Source: an uncultured Phycisphaerales bacterium
GTDB lineage: Bacteria; Planctomycetota; Phycisphaerae; Sedimentisphaerales; Anaerobacaceae
Direction: 5' to 3'
Length of the DNA: 64,000 bases
Assembly (NCBI GenBank): GCA_963772725.1
Contig: CAVYYI010000003.1
Coordinates: forward strand, 544,001-608,000
Shown: positions 1-10,379 of the stretch, one piece after another
Layout of the letters: each line of letters starts with the position of its first letter
Numbering within the stretch: the stretch's first letter is position 1
The notes under the pieces: generated by a model
What the model was told of the DNA's origin: nothing
Databases searched by the model: none
The model's input: the letters and a program-made list of their open reading frames with translations, nothing else
Position numbers and translations under genes: made by a program

Positions 1-85
1 AGTTTAGCCGGTATTCAGGATAATTTAAGCGTTGGTAATTATATCATAATATTAACTTTATCTGTTTTTTAGGAGGTTTACGACT

Positions 86-1203
86 ATGCTGCTCAATATT
101 TTTAGAGCCGTCTTTGTCATCATTTTACTGTCAGTTCTGTTTGTAAGCGTAAGCTCAACCGCAATTTCCGGACAGGCGCAGTCCCTGGATTTCTGGGTCG
201 TCGTATGGGTCGGCCTGGGCATGGGCTTTATCGCCCTGTTTATGGATATTATGACGCCAAAGAAATCCCTGGCCGCGCTGGCGGGAGTTTTCTTTGGTAT
301 GCTTGTGGGAATATTCATCAGTTGGTGCTCTCGCCGGTTATCGATATGATAAATGATACTTACGGGATTGGGCTAATTCCCAGAGCTGTTGTGGCCATCA
401 AGTGGATGATGGGAGTATGTATATGTTTTATTATAATCAGTATTGTGATGCGTACAAAAGATGACGTACGTTTTGTGATTCCTTACGTGGAGTTCTCAAA
501 ACAGACTAAAGGCTCTCGGCCGCTGATTCTCGACACATCCGCGATTATTGACGGCAGAATCGCCGACCTCTACCGCGCCAAACTTCTCGACGCTCCGATT
601 ATCGTGCCGAGATTCGTACTCAACGAACTGCAATTGCTCGCCGATGCCGGTGATAAGCTCAAACGCAATCGCGGCAGGCGAGGCCTCGACATTCTAAAGG
701 ATATGCAGGCAAATCCCGCCATCGACATTAAAATGGACGACACCTCAATTCCTGAAAGCGACGACGTTAAAGGCGTTGACCAGAAACTCGTTGTCTTTTC
801 AAAGGCACGCGACGGCAGACTCACCACCACAGATTATAACCTCACCAAGGTCGCGCAGGTCCGCGAAGTGGACGTTCTCAATATTAACGATTTGGCCAAC
901 TCCCTCAAAACAATCGCTCTTCCCGGTGAAGGCATGACCATCAGAATTATAAAACCCGGCGAGGAAGCCGACCAGGGTATCGGCTATCTCGATGACGGCA
1001 CTATGGTCGTTATCGAAGGCGGAAGAAATAAAATCGGACGCGATGTTACTATCAGCATAACAAGTTCGCTTCAGACTTCCGCCGGAAAAATGATTTTCGG
1101 AAAATTTGAAAGCTTCGCGCAAAGGCCATCTTCTGAAGATAACAAAGAGCAGCCCGCATATAATAGAAGGACAAACGGAAGAAACTACTCCGAAAATAGC
1201 TAG
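86..1203 (+). CDS. PIN/TRAM-domain membrane protein (YacL-like), one frameshift near 330
   Basis: N-terminal TM helices (ORF 86..349) continue in ORF 205..1203. PIN motifs LDTSAIIDGRI, RRGLDIL, TTDYNL; TRAM motif GIGYLDDGTMVVIEGG...QTSAGKMIFG. Confidence 0.9.
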
Positions 1204-2688
1204 TCGTCCCTGAAAAATAATTTAACTTTTTTGTATATAAAGGCTTGCAATTTAAAAATCTGGCGCTAAATTGCAAGGAAATGATATTTATTATTAATTT
1301 CCTTGCAAAACATGGAGGTTTTTATGCAGCCTAAACAACAAAGCAATTCCCAGTCAATGTTATTCACCTCGAAGCTGGAGCAGATACTAAACGAGCAGCA
1401 TCCTTTATATAAACTGGCAAATATCATCATCTGGTCAGAGTTTGATGCCGCCTTCGGTAAACTCTATGATCCGGGCTTCGGCAGACCAGCCAAACCCACC
1501 CGCCTTATGGCAGGACTTCATTATCTCAAAAGCGCATATAATCTCAGCGATGAGTCTGTAGTTGAGAGATGGATAGAGAATCCTTACTGGCAGTATTTTT
1601 GCGGAGAGCAATATTTTCAGCATGAATTTCCGATTGACCCAACCAGTATGACCAAATGGCGTAACCGGATTAAGGACGCTGGTATGGAAAAGCTGCTTGA
1701 GCAGACCATAAGCGCAGGCCTTAAAACCTGCACAGTTAAACCGCATCAGTTAAAAAAGATAGTAGTCGATACAACGGTGCAGGAAAAGGCGACAGCCTTT
1801 CCGACCGATGCACGCCTTTATCATAAGATGAGAATAAAGCTTGTCAAAAAGGCACAGGATAATGACATAGAACTTAGGCAGAGTTATCAGAGGGTAGCCA
1901 AAAGGGCTTTTGTTATGCAGCACAGATTTTCACACGCCAGGCAGTTCAAAAAAGCGGATAAGCAATTAAGGAAACTAAAGACCTGTCTGGGAAGAGTTAC
2001 AAGGGATATAGAGCGTAAGATATTGCAGAAGCCTCAATTGCAGCAGGAGTTTTCAGAATTGCTCGATATGTCCAGGAGGTTATTATCACAGAAACGGGAC
2101 AGCAGCAACAAGCTATACAGTATTCATGCGCGGAGGTTAACTGCATAAGCAAGGGCAAGGCACACAAGAAGTATGAGTTTGGCTGTAAGGTGGCACTGGC
2201 GTCTCCCGCTCAAAATGCGTTTGTAGTAGCTGCGGTTGCTTTTGAAGGGAATCCATATGATGGACATACGTTAAAAGATACACTCTCCCAGACGATGAAA
2301 CTGCTGGATAAAAAAGGTTTTGAAGATGTTTATGTTGATGATGGGTACAAAGGTCATGGCTGTGGAGATATTGCGGAGGTTCATATCGTCAAAAGGGGTT
2401 GGCGAAAGCTGCCGAGAAGTATCCGAAAGTGGTACAGCAGGCGAAGTATGATTGAGCCTGTGATAGGACATTGTAAATCTGATAACGGTCTGGACAGAAA
2501 CTACCTCAAGGGCGTCGAAGGCGATAAGGTTAATGCGATATTGAGCGCTTGCGGGTTTAATATCCGCAAGTTGCTGCGGAAAATTATTTTTTGGCTTTTG
2601 TGGTTTGTACAAAAATTGCGTCCGTCGGCAGAATTTGCCTGGCTTGTATATGCCGCCTGAAATCAAAATCCACTTTTTCAGGGACGAC
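1203..2688 (+). mobile_element. IS5-family insertion sequence, full length
   Basis: Perfect inverted repeat tagtcgtccctgaaaaa (1201-1217) / tttttcagggacgacta (2674-2690). The outer TA is probably the target duplication. Encloses a transposase. Confidence 0.92.
1324..2660 (+). CDS. IS5-family transposase, 1-bp frameshift near 2130
   Basis: Motifs NPYWQYFCG, VDTTVQEK, KLYSIHA(PEV), YEFGCK, DDGYKG, IEPVIGHCK. The second copy at 52750-53591 has the extra C that restores the frame. Confidence 0.92.
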
Positions 2689-2868
2689 TAACTAGTGTAA
2701 CCGGCAAATTGCTATTAATTGTTATTTTTATACCTATCGCGAAGCAAGAATGAGTAAATAATATAATTAATAGAGAATCACTAGTTACACTGGTTACAAA
2801 AAAAACTTTCTGTCCGGGCAATTTATAAGGAAATCACCGGCGAGGCAAAGACGCAAGCCTGCGAAATG

Positions 2869-3378
2869 CTATTTCTTTACGCCGATTTTTTCAGTTAGGA
2901 GTTTTCTGAAATCATTTACATCCTGTTCTGATGAAAAGCAATGCTTCGGGAAAATATGAAACAGATTATCTGCGGGATACAGTATGAAAATATACTTGCT
3001 CTCCCTCCATCTGTGAAAATAATCCCACGGAAGCTTCGAATTGCCCAAGGAATTATTAATCGATATGGCTATGTCATCTATTTCGCATTCACTGGTAGGA
3101 TGGTATTTTGACTGGTGATATAATTTACGCCACCATTGCGGCAAGTAATAAAAGAAAAACCAAATACACCAGACTACGAATAAAATCATAATCGTAATAG
3201 CAAGTATCATCTTTAGACCATTATATTCAACTATTGCTCGGTATAGCCCGATTGCCAGAGCAAGAGTAAATACAAGCAGGTATATTATGCCCAAGACTTT
3301 TATCCATGGTCGAGGTCTCATAATTAGGAATTGTGCTCGCACATAGTCTTTTTCAGTAACTTGTAATGTCAGGTTCAT
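2869..3378 (-). CDS. YcxB-like membrane protein
   Basis: Two TM helices, then SKLPWDYFHRWRESKYIFILY...HIFPKHCF, typical of the YcxB C-terminal domain. Confidence 0.75.
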   Translation of the reverse strand: MNLTLQVTEKDYVRAQFLIMRPRPWIKVLGIIYLLVFTLALAIGLYRAIVEYNGLKMILAITIMILFVVWCIWFFFYYLPQWWRKLYHQSKYHPTSECEIDDIAISINNSLGNSKLPWDYFHRWRESKYIFILYPADNLFHIFPKHCFSSEQDVNDFRKLLTEKIGVKK

Positions 3379-3478
3379 TTTATATCAGAATTTTAGCTTC
3401 AAAAAAACTTACTTACTCAATGCGATGAGCAGCCGCATCAAATGCGACAACTCGATTGCCTATGCGGATTCTATTTTA

Positions 3479-3541
3479 TCATAATGATATCAAACTCTTC
3501 ATAGGATTGCAATAACCTGAGGTATCGGCAGAAATCAATGG
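3479..3541 (-). repeat. 63-bp direct repeat copy 1, containing a sigma70-like promoter TTGCAA-17-TATCAT on the minus strand
   Basis: 59/63 identical to 4122-4184; lies upstream of the 3378 start. Confidence 0.85.
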
Positions 3542-4035
3542 CGGGATCGCGATCCCGCCTTACGAGCTGATATGATAACGCCAAAGACAATTCCAGAGCC
3601 AGCAAAAATTAACAATATATTCATAACCGAAATAACAGCAATACCGCTAATAGTAATCACGCTGTCAAAATTAAATTCTGTAAACTTAATCAATGCCTGT
3701 AATAAAACCCCCCCGATAATTCCCAATCCGATAAAAACAAAACCAAGACGACCTTTGCGAGAAGATAATCCCGTAAATTTTCTTTGCTCCCGCTCAATAT
3801 CATTCATCGGGCTAATCTTACCAATTCGGATTCGTCGTCGAACGATAAGATACCACGGAATACTGATATACCATAATGGAATCATAACAAGAAAAAGAAT
3901 CCATGGACGATAAGACAAACCGGTATTATATCGAACCAAATTAATCCGGGATGAGTCATAAGATACCCAAAGCGAAACTGCTATAATCACTGTGTAATAC
4001 GTGAGTACAAGTAATAATTCGGTGCTATCTATCAT
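3535..4035 (-). CDS. hypothetical membrane protein (about 4 TM)
   Basis: 166-aa ORF with hydrophobic helices and a WxxYDS...W...PWYL..R pattern. Confidence 0.7.
   Translation of the reverse strand: MIDSTELLLVLTYYTVIIAVSLWVSYDSSRINLVRYNTGLSYRPWILFLVMIPLWYISIPWYLIVRRRIRIGKISPMNDIEREQRKFTGLSSRKGRLGFVFIGLGIIGGVLLQALIKFTEFNFDSVITISGIAVISVMNILLIFAGSGIVFGVIISARKAGSRSRH
3540..3559. repeat. REP-like 20-bp perfect palindrome
   Basis: ggcgggatcgcgatcccgcc, preceded by GTAA on the minus strand. Confidence 0.6.
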
Positions 4036-4121
4036 AAGCTATGGTCTATAAATTGCAAAAAACTGGATTTAATAGAATTTCTCATATTAAACGCATGGCT
4101 GCACAACTAAACCTTCCGATT

Positions 4122-4184
4122 TCATAATAATATCAAACTCTTGATGGGATTGCAATAATCTGAGGTATCGGCAGAAATCAATGG
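4122..4184 (-). repeat. 63-bp direct repeat copy 2, containing TTGCAA-17-TATTAT on the minus strand
   Basis: 59/63 identical to 3479-3541; lies upstream of the 4035 start. Confidence 0.85.
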
Positions 4185-4375
4185 TGGAGTTGTGGCCCGC
4201 TGCCTCCCGAAATGATGAAAAGACAATCCTGATAGTCAAGTTCATCGGTAAAAATGGCGATATTGCAATTGGACGTCAATGCTATCTGGGGATTATGGGA
4301 CGGTAAATCATCTCCTTTGTTTAGTAATTGATGAAATAACAAACTTCTATTGTGTAACCAAAGGATGCAATAATC

Positions 4376-4696
4376 ATGAATCGGGCGATTGCATGGCTTT
4401 TGCTTGAATTTATTGGTCTTGGGCTGGGGACTACGGCTACCGTTGTATATGTTACGCACAGGGGGGAAAGGCTGGGCGAGATAAGCGGCATAGTGTATGT
4501 CTCAGATACGCCGGGATTTTCAGATGTTATAATAAACAATCAAGTCCTTTGTGAAGGGGACATAATATACGGCGTAAAAGTAATTAAAATATCCAGAGAT
4601 ACGGTTGAGTTCCAAAGAGACGGTAATACGTGGAAGCAACGCCTAAGAGAACACCCAAATCCCGCGTGGAAGAACAGCGATAAGCCTGCACAGTAA
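4376..4696 (+). CDS. small membrane-anchored protein with a GspB/PilP-like beta domain
   Basis: N-terminal TM helix, then ISGIVY...IINNQVLCEGDIIYGVKVIKISRDTVEF. Confidence 0.6.
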   Translation: MNRAIAWLLLEFIGLGLGTTATVVYVTHRGERLGEISGIVYVSDTPGFSDVIINNQVLCEGDIIYGVKVIKISRDTVEFQRDGNTWKQRLREHPNPAWKNSDKPAQ

Positions 4697-4905
4697 ATTC
4701 TGTACGCGCATCACCTGTCCGGAGTTCTTATGGTCATTTTACACTTTGGGGCACCGATGCTTTTGGGCCGTGCAATTTACAAAGAAATCAATGGTGGTGT
4801 AAAGACCTCACCCTCCTATCTTTGCACTTTGGCGGAAAAAATAATGTACCGCGTGGAGCGTATAGCGTTTAAGACTACAAGTTCCACCAGGCAACAAACG
4901 CAGTA

Positions 4906-4976
4906 TGGAGATGGGGGGAATCGAACCCCCGGCTCTGCGATGCGACCGCAGTGTGTTCCCGCTACACCACATCCCC
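4906..4976 (-). tRNA. tRNA-Ala(CGC)
   Basis: Cloverleaf GGGGATG...CATCTCC-A with the G3:U70 pair; anticodon arm CTGCG-GTCGCAT-CGCAG; T loop TTCGATT; no encoded CCA. Confidence 0.93.
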
Positions 4977-5048
4977 GGAAATATAAATCCTGTTAATTCC
5001 GGGTTAATTATAACACATAAGGCTCAATATTGAAAGATTTTTATTGTT

Positions 5049-5561
5049 TCAAAAATGCCACTTCTCAAAGCAGACAATACTGTCAATCGGTTCTCTCTTG
5101 GCCTCTCTCGGCTTATCGGCCGGATAGCCAAGTGCCATAAGTTCTATAACAGTGATATTCGACGGAATACCCAGTATTTCCCGGACTTTTTCAGGATGGA
5201 AAGACCCTATCCAGCAGGTCGCCAATCCCAGTTCGGCGGCCTGCAGCGCAATATGCTCCAGGGCGATAGCGACATCTATCGAGGAAATCGGCTGGCCGCA
5301 GAGCATTATATGGTCGTTGTTGCTGCACGCGACGATAACCGCGCCGGCGTTTTCGAGAAATTTCTGATTGTTGGCGGCATCGATAATTTTTTCCTTTGCT
5401 GACTTATCCGTAACAACCACGAACCGCCAATCCTGCAGATTTTTCGCCGATGGCGCAAGACGTGCCGCTTCGAGAATAAGGTTGAGTTTTTCTTTTTCCA
5501 CGGCTTTATCTTTATACGCCCGGCAGGAGTATCGTTTTTTGATTATTTCGAGCAATGTCAT
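5049..5561 (-). CDS. nitroreductase family protein
   Basis: RYSCRAY, ARLAPSAKNLQDWRF, LGLATCWIG and LGYP motifs. Confidence 0.95.
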   Translation of the reverse strand: MTLLEIIKKRYSCRAYKDKAVEKEKLNLILEAARLAPSAKNLQDWRFVVVTDKSAKEKIIDAANNQKFLENAGAVIVACSNNDHIMLCGQPISSIDVAIALEHIALQAAELGLATCWIGSFHPEKVREILGIPSNITVIELMALGYPADKPREAKREPIDSIVCFEKWHF

Positions 5562-5588
5562 AAAAGCACCTCGTTAATTAAAACCTTT

Positions 5589-5678
5589 GTCATTCCCGCG
5601 AAACCTGTCCTCGTGAAAACGGGGAGCGGGAATCCATAAACAAACAGAAAACTGGATACCTGCTTTCGCAGGTATGAC
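5589..5678. repeat. palindromic intergenic repeat of the GTCATTCCCGCG...GCGGGAATCCA / TGGAT...ATGAC class
   Basis: Inverted halves gtcattcccgcgaa...gcgggaatcca and tggatacctgctttcgcaggtatgac. The first half carries an internal inserted hairpin. Confidence 0.75.
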
Positions 5679-5710
5679 AGACTGACTATAAATATAAAAC
5701 ATCAAAACTG

Positions 5711-5739
5711 TTGACGCAAGAGCTAAAAACAGCTAATCT
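5711..5739 (+). promoter_or_regulatory. sigma70-like promoter of tRNA-Val
   Basis: TTGACG-17 bp-TAATCT, ending just upstream of the tRNA start at 5751. Confidence 0.6.
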
Positions 5740-5750
5740 GTAATTTCTTC

Positions 5751-5824
5751 GGGCGGTTAGCTCAGCTGGCTAGAGCGCCTGCCTTACAAGCAGGAGGCCA
5801 CAGGTTCAAGTCCTGTACCGCCCA
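5751..5824 (+). tRNA. tRNA-Val(TAC)
   Basis: GGGCGGT...ACCGCCC-A; anticodon arm CCTGC-CTTACAA-GCAGG; T loop TTCAAGT. Confidence 0.97.
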
Positions 5825-6168
5825 GTTGCCCCTCGCACTGTGTCACATTTTGCGCCGCCTTAGTATCATCCGTGAATGTCTTTTCTGCCTCACTTAAGAT
5901 ACTCTTTTGAGATGCTTCCCGGACATCTGATTCAGTTACCTGTGCATACTGCGTCATTGCCACTTATAGTCAAAAAGATTCTCTGAATGTACAGCCTTTT
6001 TCTGTGTGGTTTTCTCGAATGAGAGTGATAAATAAATGCCTTTTTTCTTTTTGTTTTGAAAAATACGAGATATAATAAACTCGACATTTAATAATAGTCA
6101 GTGCTCCGATACAGAACGGCAGAGTTTTTTTGCAGAATGATATGAATATATGCCGAAGTAATAGAAAA

Positions 6169-7767
6169 ATGCAGAATACTAATACAATATTCAGTTTCAT
6201 AAGGAAAAGCCGTTTTATAATAATAGCTGTCATTTCGCTGCTGTTAGTGGGTGGTATTGGCGCAATGGCAATTAACATCTCCCGCAATGCGACTTCCGGC
6301 GGCAATATGGATGTCTTTACAGTCAAAAAAGGCAGCCTTAAAATAAGCGTGGTAGAAACCGGCACCATCAAGCCCCGGGAACAGGATATTATCAAAAGTG
6401 ATGTCGAAGGCATAACAACCATTCTAACGCTTGTACCGGAAGGAACTATTGTTAAAAAAGGAGACCCGCTCGTCGAACTGGACTCCACCGCATTGCTGGA
6501 TTCAAAAATTGAGCGGGAAATAAAGGTTGGAAACGCTGAGGCAAGTTTTATTCAGGCTCGTGAGACTCTCGCGGTGGTCGAAAATCAGGCTAAGAGTGAT
6601 ATAGATGAGGCACAGCTCACTGTTACATTTGCCAAACTGGATTTGGATAAATATATAAAGGGCGATTATCCGAACCAGTTAAAAAAAGCTCAGAGTAAAA
6701 TCACCATTGCTCAGGAGGAGCGAGAGCGGGCTAAACAAACATACGAATGGTCAAAAAAGTTATATGCCGAAAAGTATATTTCTCAAACACAGCTTCAGGC
6801 AGATGAACTGGCCTTCACGAAAAGCGGTCTCGACCTTGAGCTTGTACAAAACAGTCTCGCGCTGCTTAAGAATTTCACATATAAACGTCAACTGGCTCAG
6901 CTCAAAAGTAATATTAAACAGGCGGAAATGGCTCTTAAGCGTACTAATAGCAAGGCCAACGCCAATGTCGTTCAGGCCAAAGCAAAGCTTTTGGCAAAAC
7001 AAACTGAATTGAATCGGCAAAAAAAGAAGCTCGTTAAACTTCTAAAGCAAATTGAAAAAACTAAAATAACCTCTCCCGCCGATGGTCCTGTGATTTACGC
7101 CAGCAACGTCCAAAGCGGCCGTTATTACTACAATAAAACGCCGCTTACAGAAGGTCAGCAAGTATATGAACGGGAGGAGTTAATGTATATTCCTACAGCC
7201 TCATTCGTAAAAGCTGAGATTAAAATACACGAGTCAAGCATCCAAAAGGTTCAGGTGGGTATGCCTGTAATAGTTACTATTGATGCACTGCCTGATAAAA
7301 AGTTCACTGGACAGGTCGCTAAAATTGCCCCGCTTCCCGACGCCGAAAGTATATACTTTAATCCGGATTGGAAGGTTTATAATACTGAGATTTATATCGA
7401 CGGAGACGGAAGTTTGCTGCGCACAGGAATGAACTGCAGAGCAGAGATAATTGTTGAGCAGTATCAGGACGTGGTATATATACCGATACAATCGGTTCTG
7501 AGAGTCAACGGTAAATCTACCGTTTTTATTGTACAAGACAATAACACCGAACTAAGAACAGTTGAACTCGGAATGGATAATAATAATATGGTCAGTATCA
7601 TGAGCGGCCTTACCGACGGTGAGGATATTCAGCTTAATCCATCGCTGGCGATGGCAGCTTTGGACTGGCTCGAAGAAAAAGCCCCAATCACATTGGTTGC
7701 CGATAAACAGTCCCAAACCGGACAATCTGAGACTCAGAATCAGACCGTTGCAAAAAAGCTGCAGTAA
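6169..7767 (+). CDS. efflux RND/ABC periplasmic adaptor (HlyD/MacA-like)
   Basis: N-terminal TM helix, lipoyl half-motif VPEGTIVKKGDPLVELD, long coiled coil, ITSPADG, LRTGMN. Start codon uncertain. Confidence 0.9.
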   Translation: MQNTNTIFSFIRKSRFIIIAVISLLLVGGIGAMAINISRNATSGGNMDVFTVKKGSLKISVVETGTIKPREQDIIKSDVEGITTILTLVPEGTIVKKGDPLVELDSTALLDSKIEREIKVGNAEASFIQARETLAVVENQAKSDIDEAQLTVTFAKLDLDKYIKGDYPNQLKKAQSKITIAQEERERAKQTYEWSKKLYAEKYISQTQLQADELAFTKSGLDLELVQNSLALLKNFTYKRQLAQLKSNIKQAEMALKRTNSKANANVVQAKAKLLAKQTELNRQKKKLVKLLKQIEKTKITSPADGPVIYASNVQSGRYYYNKTPLTEGQQVYEREELMYIPTASFVKAEIKIHESSIQKVQVGMPVIVTIDALPDKKFTGQVAKIAPLPDAESIYFNPDWKVYNTEIYIDGDGSLLRTGMNCRAEIIVEQYQDVVYIPIQSVLRVNGKSTVFIVQDNNTELRTVELGMDNNNMVSIMSGLTDGEDIQLNPSLAMAALDWLEEKAPITLVADKQSQTGQSETQNQTVAKKLQ

Positions 7768-8327
7768 TTCCGCTGACGGATTAGCCCTTTGCGTCCAGCC
7801 CGCCGCGATTTTGCTCCGCCGTTTACATGGCGACAGAGAATCTTATAATTTACCTTTAAACGCACCAGAATGACCTGGGTAGCGTTCTGAAAAGCGAGAT
7901 TGGTGTTTGTACCTGTCCTTTGCTCTTTACCGAATTTTTCTTGTAGGATGACCGCTGAAAATCTAAAGTGTATGAAGTAATCATCATCTTTGGCATATCA
8001 ACGCCTTACATGGAGCCGGGACCTTTGCACCTCCTATCCATCTTTCCATACCCCGGCTCTTCTTATTTTGGGATTCAACCAAGCTTCTACCAGAACCCTG
8101 ATGCCGAACAAATAGGGATACAAAAAGCCAATATTTTGCTCGGTTTTTCTTTTGCTTTATAGAAAAAATGGTGTATAATTGATTCAACTTTAGCACGGAG
8201 GCACATTTTAAGAAGAGTGAGCGAGATATGGAGGAAAGGTACACATCGTTAAACTGCTTATATTTTATTTCAGTATTTCTGCGCAAAAGGTGCGATTAAA
8301 ATATTAACAATTTTGAAGGATGGAAAA

Positions 8328-9248
8328 ATGAGGAAAAAATTAATCTTTCTCACAATTTTAGTATTGCTTACTACAGTTTTAATTTCGGGCTGTGTATCTA
8401 CTACTTCTATGAATATTGCATCTGCTAACCTTGTACGAGGAATCAACATTGATTTTGTAAATATCGGCCATGCGGGGAATGCGGCTGATACGCCAGTGCA
8501 GCATTATGGAAATACTGTGGTGCGGTAGGTTATAATTACCGTATCGGCAAGTACGATGTAACCAATGCTCAGTGGAACACTTTTATGGCCGCTGCCGGTG
8601 CTCCCACGGGCAATGACTTGTTATGCGAGTTACTTCATATTGGACTGGTGCTCAGCAGCCGGTCAATAATGTAAGCTGGTATGAAGCAGCCCAGTTCTGC
8701 AACTATCTGACCAGCGGCGACAAGAGCAAAGGTGCATATCAGTTCAGCGGCAACAATACTAATCCCGGCAGTTTTCTGGGTATAAATCGTGCCGCGGCTG
8801 AGGCGACTTACGGGACGATTTATGTCCTCCCGACCGAAGATGAATGGTACAAGGCGGCTTATTTCAAACCAGATGGCAGCGGCTATTCGCTCTATGCCAA
8901 TGGCACAAATACCGCCCCTATTGCCGAGCGCAATCGATATTATAGCATGCTACTCAGTCACCATGGAATGTAGGCACCGGTACGATGGAGCAGAACGGCA
9001 CTTTGATATGATGGGCAATGTCTGGCAATGGAACGAAACGCCGTTCAACAATGGTGTTCCCACTCGTGGCCTTCGCGGTGGGAATTATTCAGCCCGCGCA
9101 AGCCTCCTCCGGTCGTCTACCGGCCAGAACGACCACTCCCCGACCGGAGTGGCCAACATTTTCGGGTTTCGTGTTGCTTCAGTTCCCTGAACCCGCCACG
9201 CTTTTACTTCTCGGCCTCGGCGCAGTACTATTGAGAAGGAAACATTAA
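8328..9248 (+). pseudogene. FGE/SUMF1-domain protein with PEP-CTERM sorting signal, several frameshifts
   Basis: Pieces in different frames: FVNIGHAGNAAD, QPVNNVSWYEAAQFCN, LPTEDEWYKAAY, DMMGNVWQW, RGG, GFRVASVP, PEPATLLLLGLGAVLLRRKH. Confidence 0.85.
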
Positions 9249-9346
9249 CTATAATCATTCAGCCCTGTTTTCCCTTTGCTTATCTGAGCAGAAACCGATA
9301 GTATCTCACTAAACCAATTTCGGGTGAAAATTTGAGAGGTACAAAA

Positions 9347-10003
9347 ATGAGAAAGTTTTTTCAAATCGCAGCGTGGGTTATTGTAATAGGCGGAATTATT
9401 GTTGGGTGGCAGGTTTATACAAAGAACGAATCAAAAATCAAATCCACCGAATCAGCAAGAAAAGAAATCGCACACAAGGCAATAAAAGAAATCACACACA
9501 AGGCAATCATTGAATTAGCTGATAAGTATAATGCCGTAGTAGATTGGAGTGAGCCTTTAAGCAAAATAATGTCACCAGTTTACACGGTGGAAATTGAAAA
9601 CGCCTTGTTACTTAAGGACAGCCGACCTGTATTATTTCTTGCATCCGTAATAGATATAGAACGAAAAGAAAACGCATACATGGTGCGTTTCTCGAATGAC
9701 TTTGGAGAAGACCCGCAGATTGAATTTGCCCTCAACTGTTCTGATGAGCAGGTCAGAAAGATTACGCAGCAGCAAAGTGAGTCCAGAGAGTGGGAAAACT
9801 ACGCTGTGATTGCCGTCATAAATAAAGTTAAAAAAGTTAGATTTAATTTTGTAGCTATTACTGAAGGTAGTGAAGATAGTTACAGTGCCAGCATCAGATT
9901 GGAAAATTCAGACACATTCATAGCAACAGGGCATTGTTTAGACCTTGTATTTGTCGGCTCTTGTTATGATTTAAAAGACTTGTTGAAGGACAATAAAAAA
10001 TGA
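9347..10003 (+). CDS. hypothetical membrane-anchored protein
   Basis: Open 218-codon frame with N-terminal TM helix; internal 24-bp tandem duplication at 9461-9508. Confidence 0.7.
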   Translation: MRKFFQIAAWVIVIGGIIVGWQVYTKNESKIKSTESARKEIAHKAIKEITHKAIIELADKYNAVVDWSEPLSKIMSPVYTVEIENALLLKDSRPVLFLASVIDIERKENAYMVRFSNDFGEDPQIEFALNCSDEQVRKITQQQSESREWENYAVIAVINKVKKVRFNFVAITEGSEDSYSASIRLENSDTFIATGHCLDLVFVGSCYDLKDLLKDNKK

Positions 10004-10302
10004 ACACAATTGTTACTCATCTGCAAAAGTATTATGGTATTTATTTATTGATTATAGCTATACTATTTTTGATTTTGTGGTTTCCTAACAGGGCGGTTAA
10101 TAGATATGCAATCAGTGGTAGCTGGGAAGGTGGAGTAATAATATTAGATATCAGAACAGGTCAAGCTTATTTAAGGCTACCAAAGGCGGTGTATGACTTA
10201 GGGACAATTGATAAACCCAAATATGATAAAATGAAAAGGATATTAGGAGGAGGGTCGGCAGGAGCATCAAGCATAGAGGAAATGACTGATAGCAAACAAT
10301 AA
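10000..10302 (+). CDS. hypothetical membrane-anchored protein
   Basis: 100-aa ORF overlapping the upstream stop (ATGA); N-terminal TM helix; RY...LDIRTG pattern. Confidence 0.65.
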   Translation: MNTIVTHLQKYYGIYLLIIAILFLILWFPNRAVNRYAISGSWEGGVIILDIRTGQAYLRLPKAVYDLGTIDKPKYDKMKRILGGGSAGASSIEEMTDSKQ

Positions 10303-10325
10303 GATTGTAGAGGTTTGCTTATGGG

Positions 10326-10379
10326 TTACTTTTGTTGCTCGGCCTCGGTGCGGTGATATTGAGAAGGAAACACCGTTAA
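10326..10379 (+). pseudogene. orphan PEP-CTERM tail remnant
   Basis: Encodes LLLLLGLGAVILRRKHR*, similar in DNA to 9200-9248. In-frame stop just upstream and no PEP motif. Confidence 0.7.

Noticed and set aside
2691..2800. tgtaacc / gttacactggttaca short repeats as a replication origin or operator
   Set aside because: Too short and too few to support a call; may be residue of an old mobile element.
3479..4184. 63-bp repeats as a CRISPR array or integron attC sites
   Set aside because: Only two copies about 640 bp apart with a gene between them; no cas genes, no intI and no clear RYYYAAC...GTTRRRY boxes.
9461..9508. 24-bp tandem duplication (KEIAHKAI/KEITHKAI)
   Set aside because: Real, but an ordinary in-frame helix duplication with no wider pattern.
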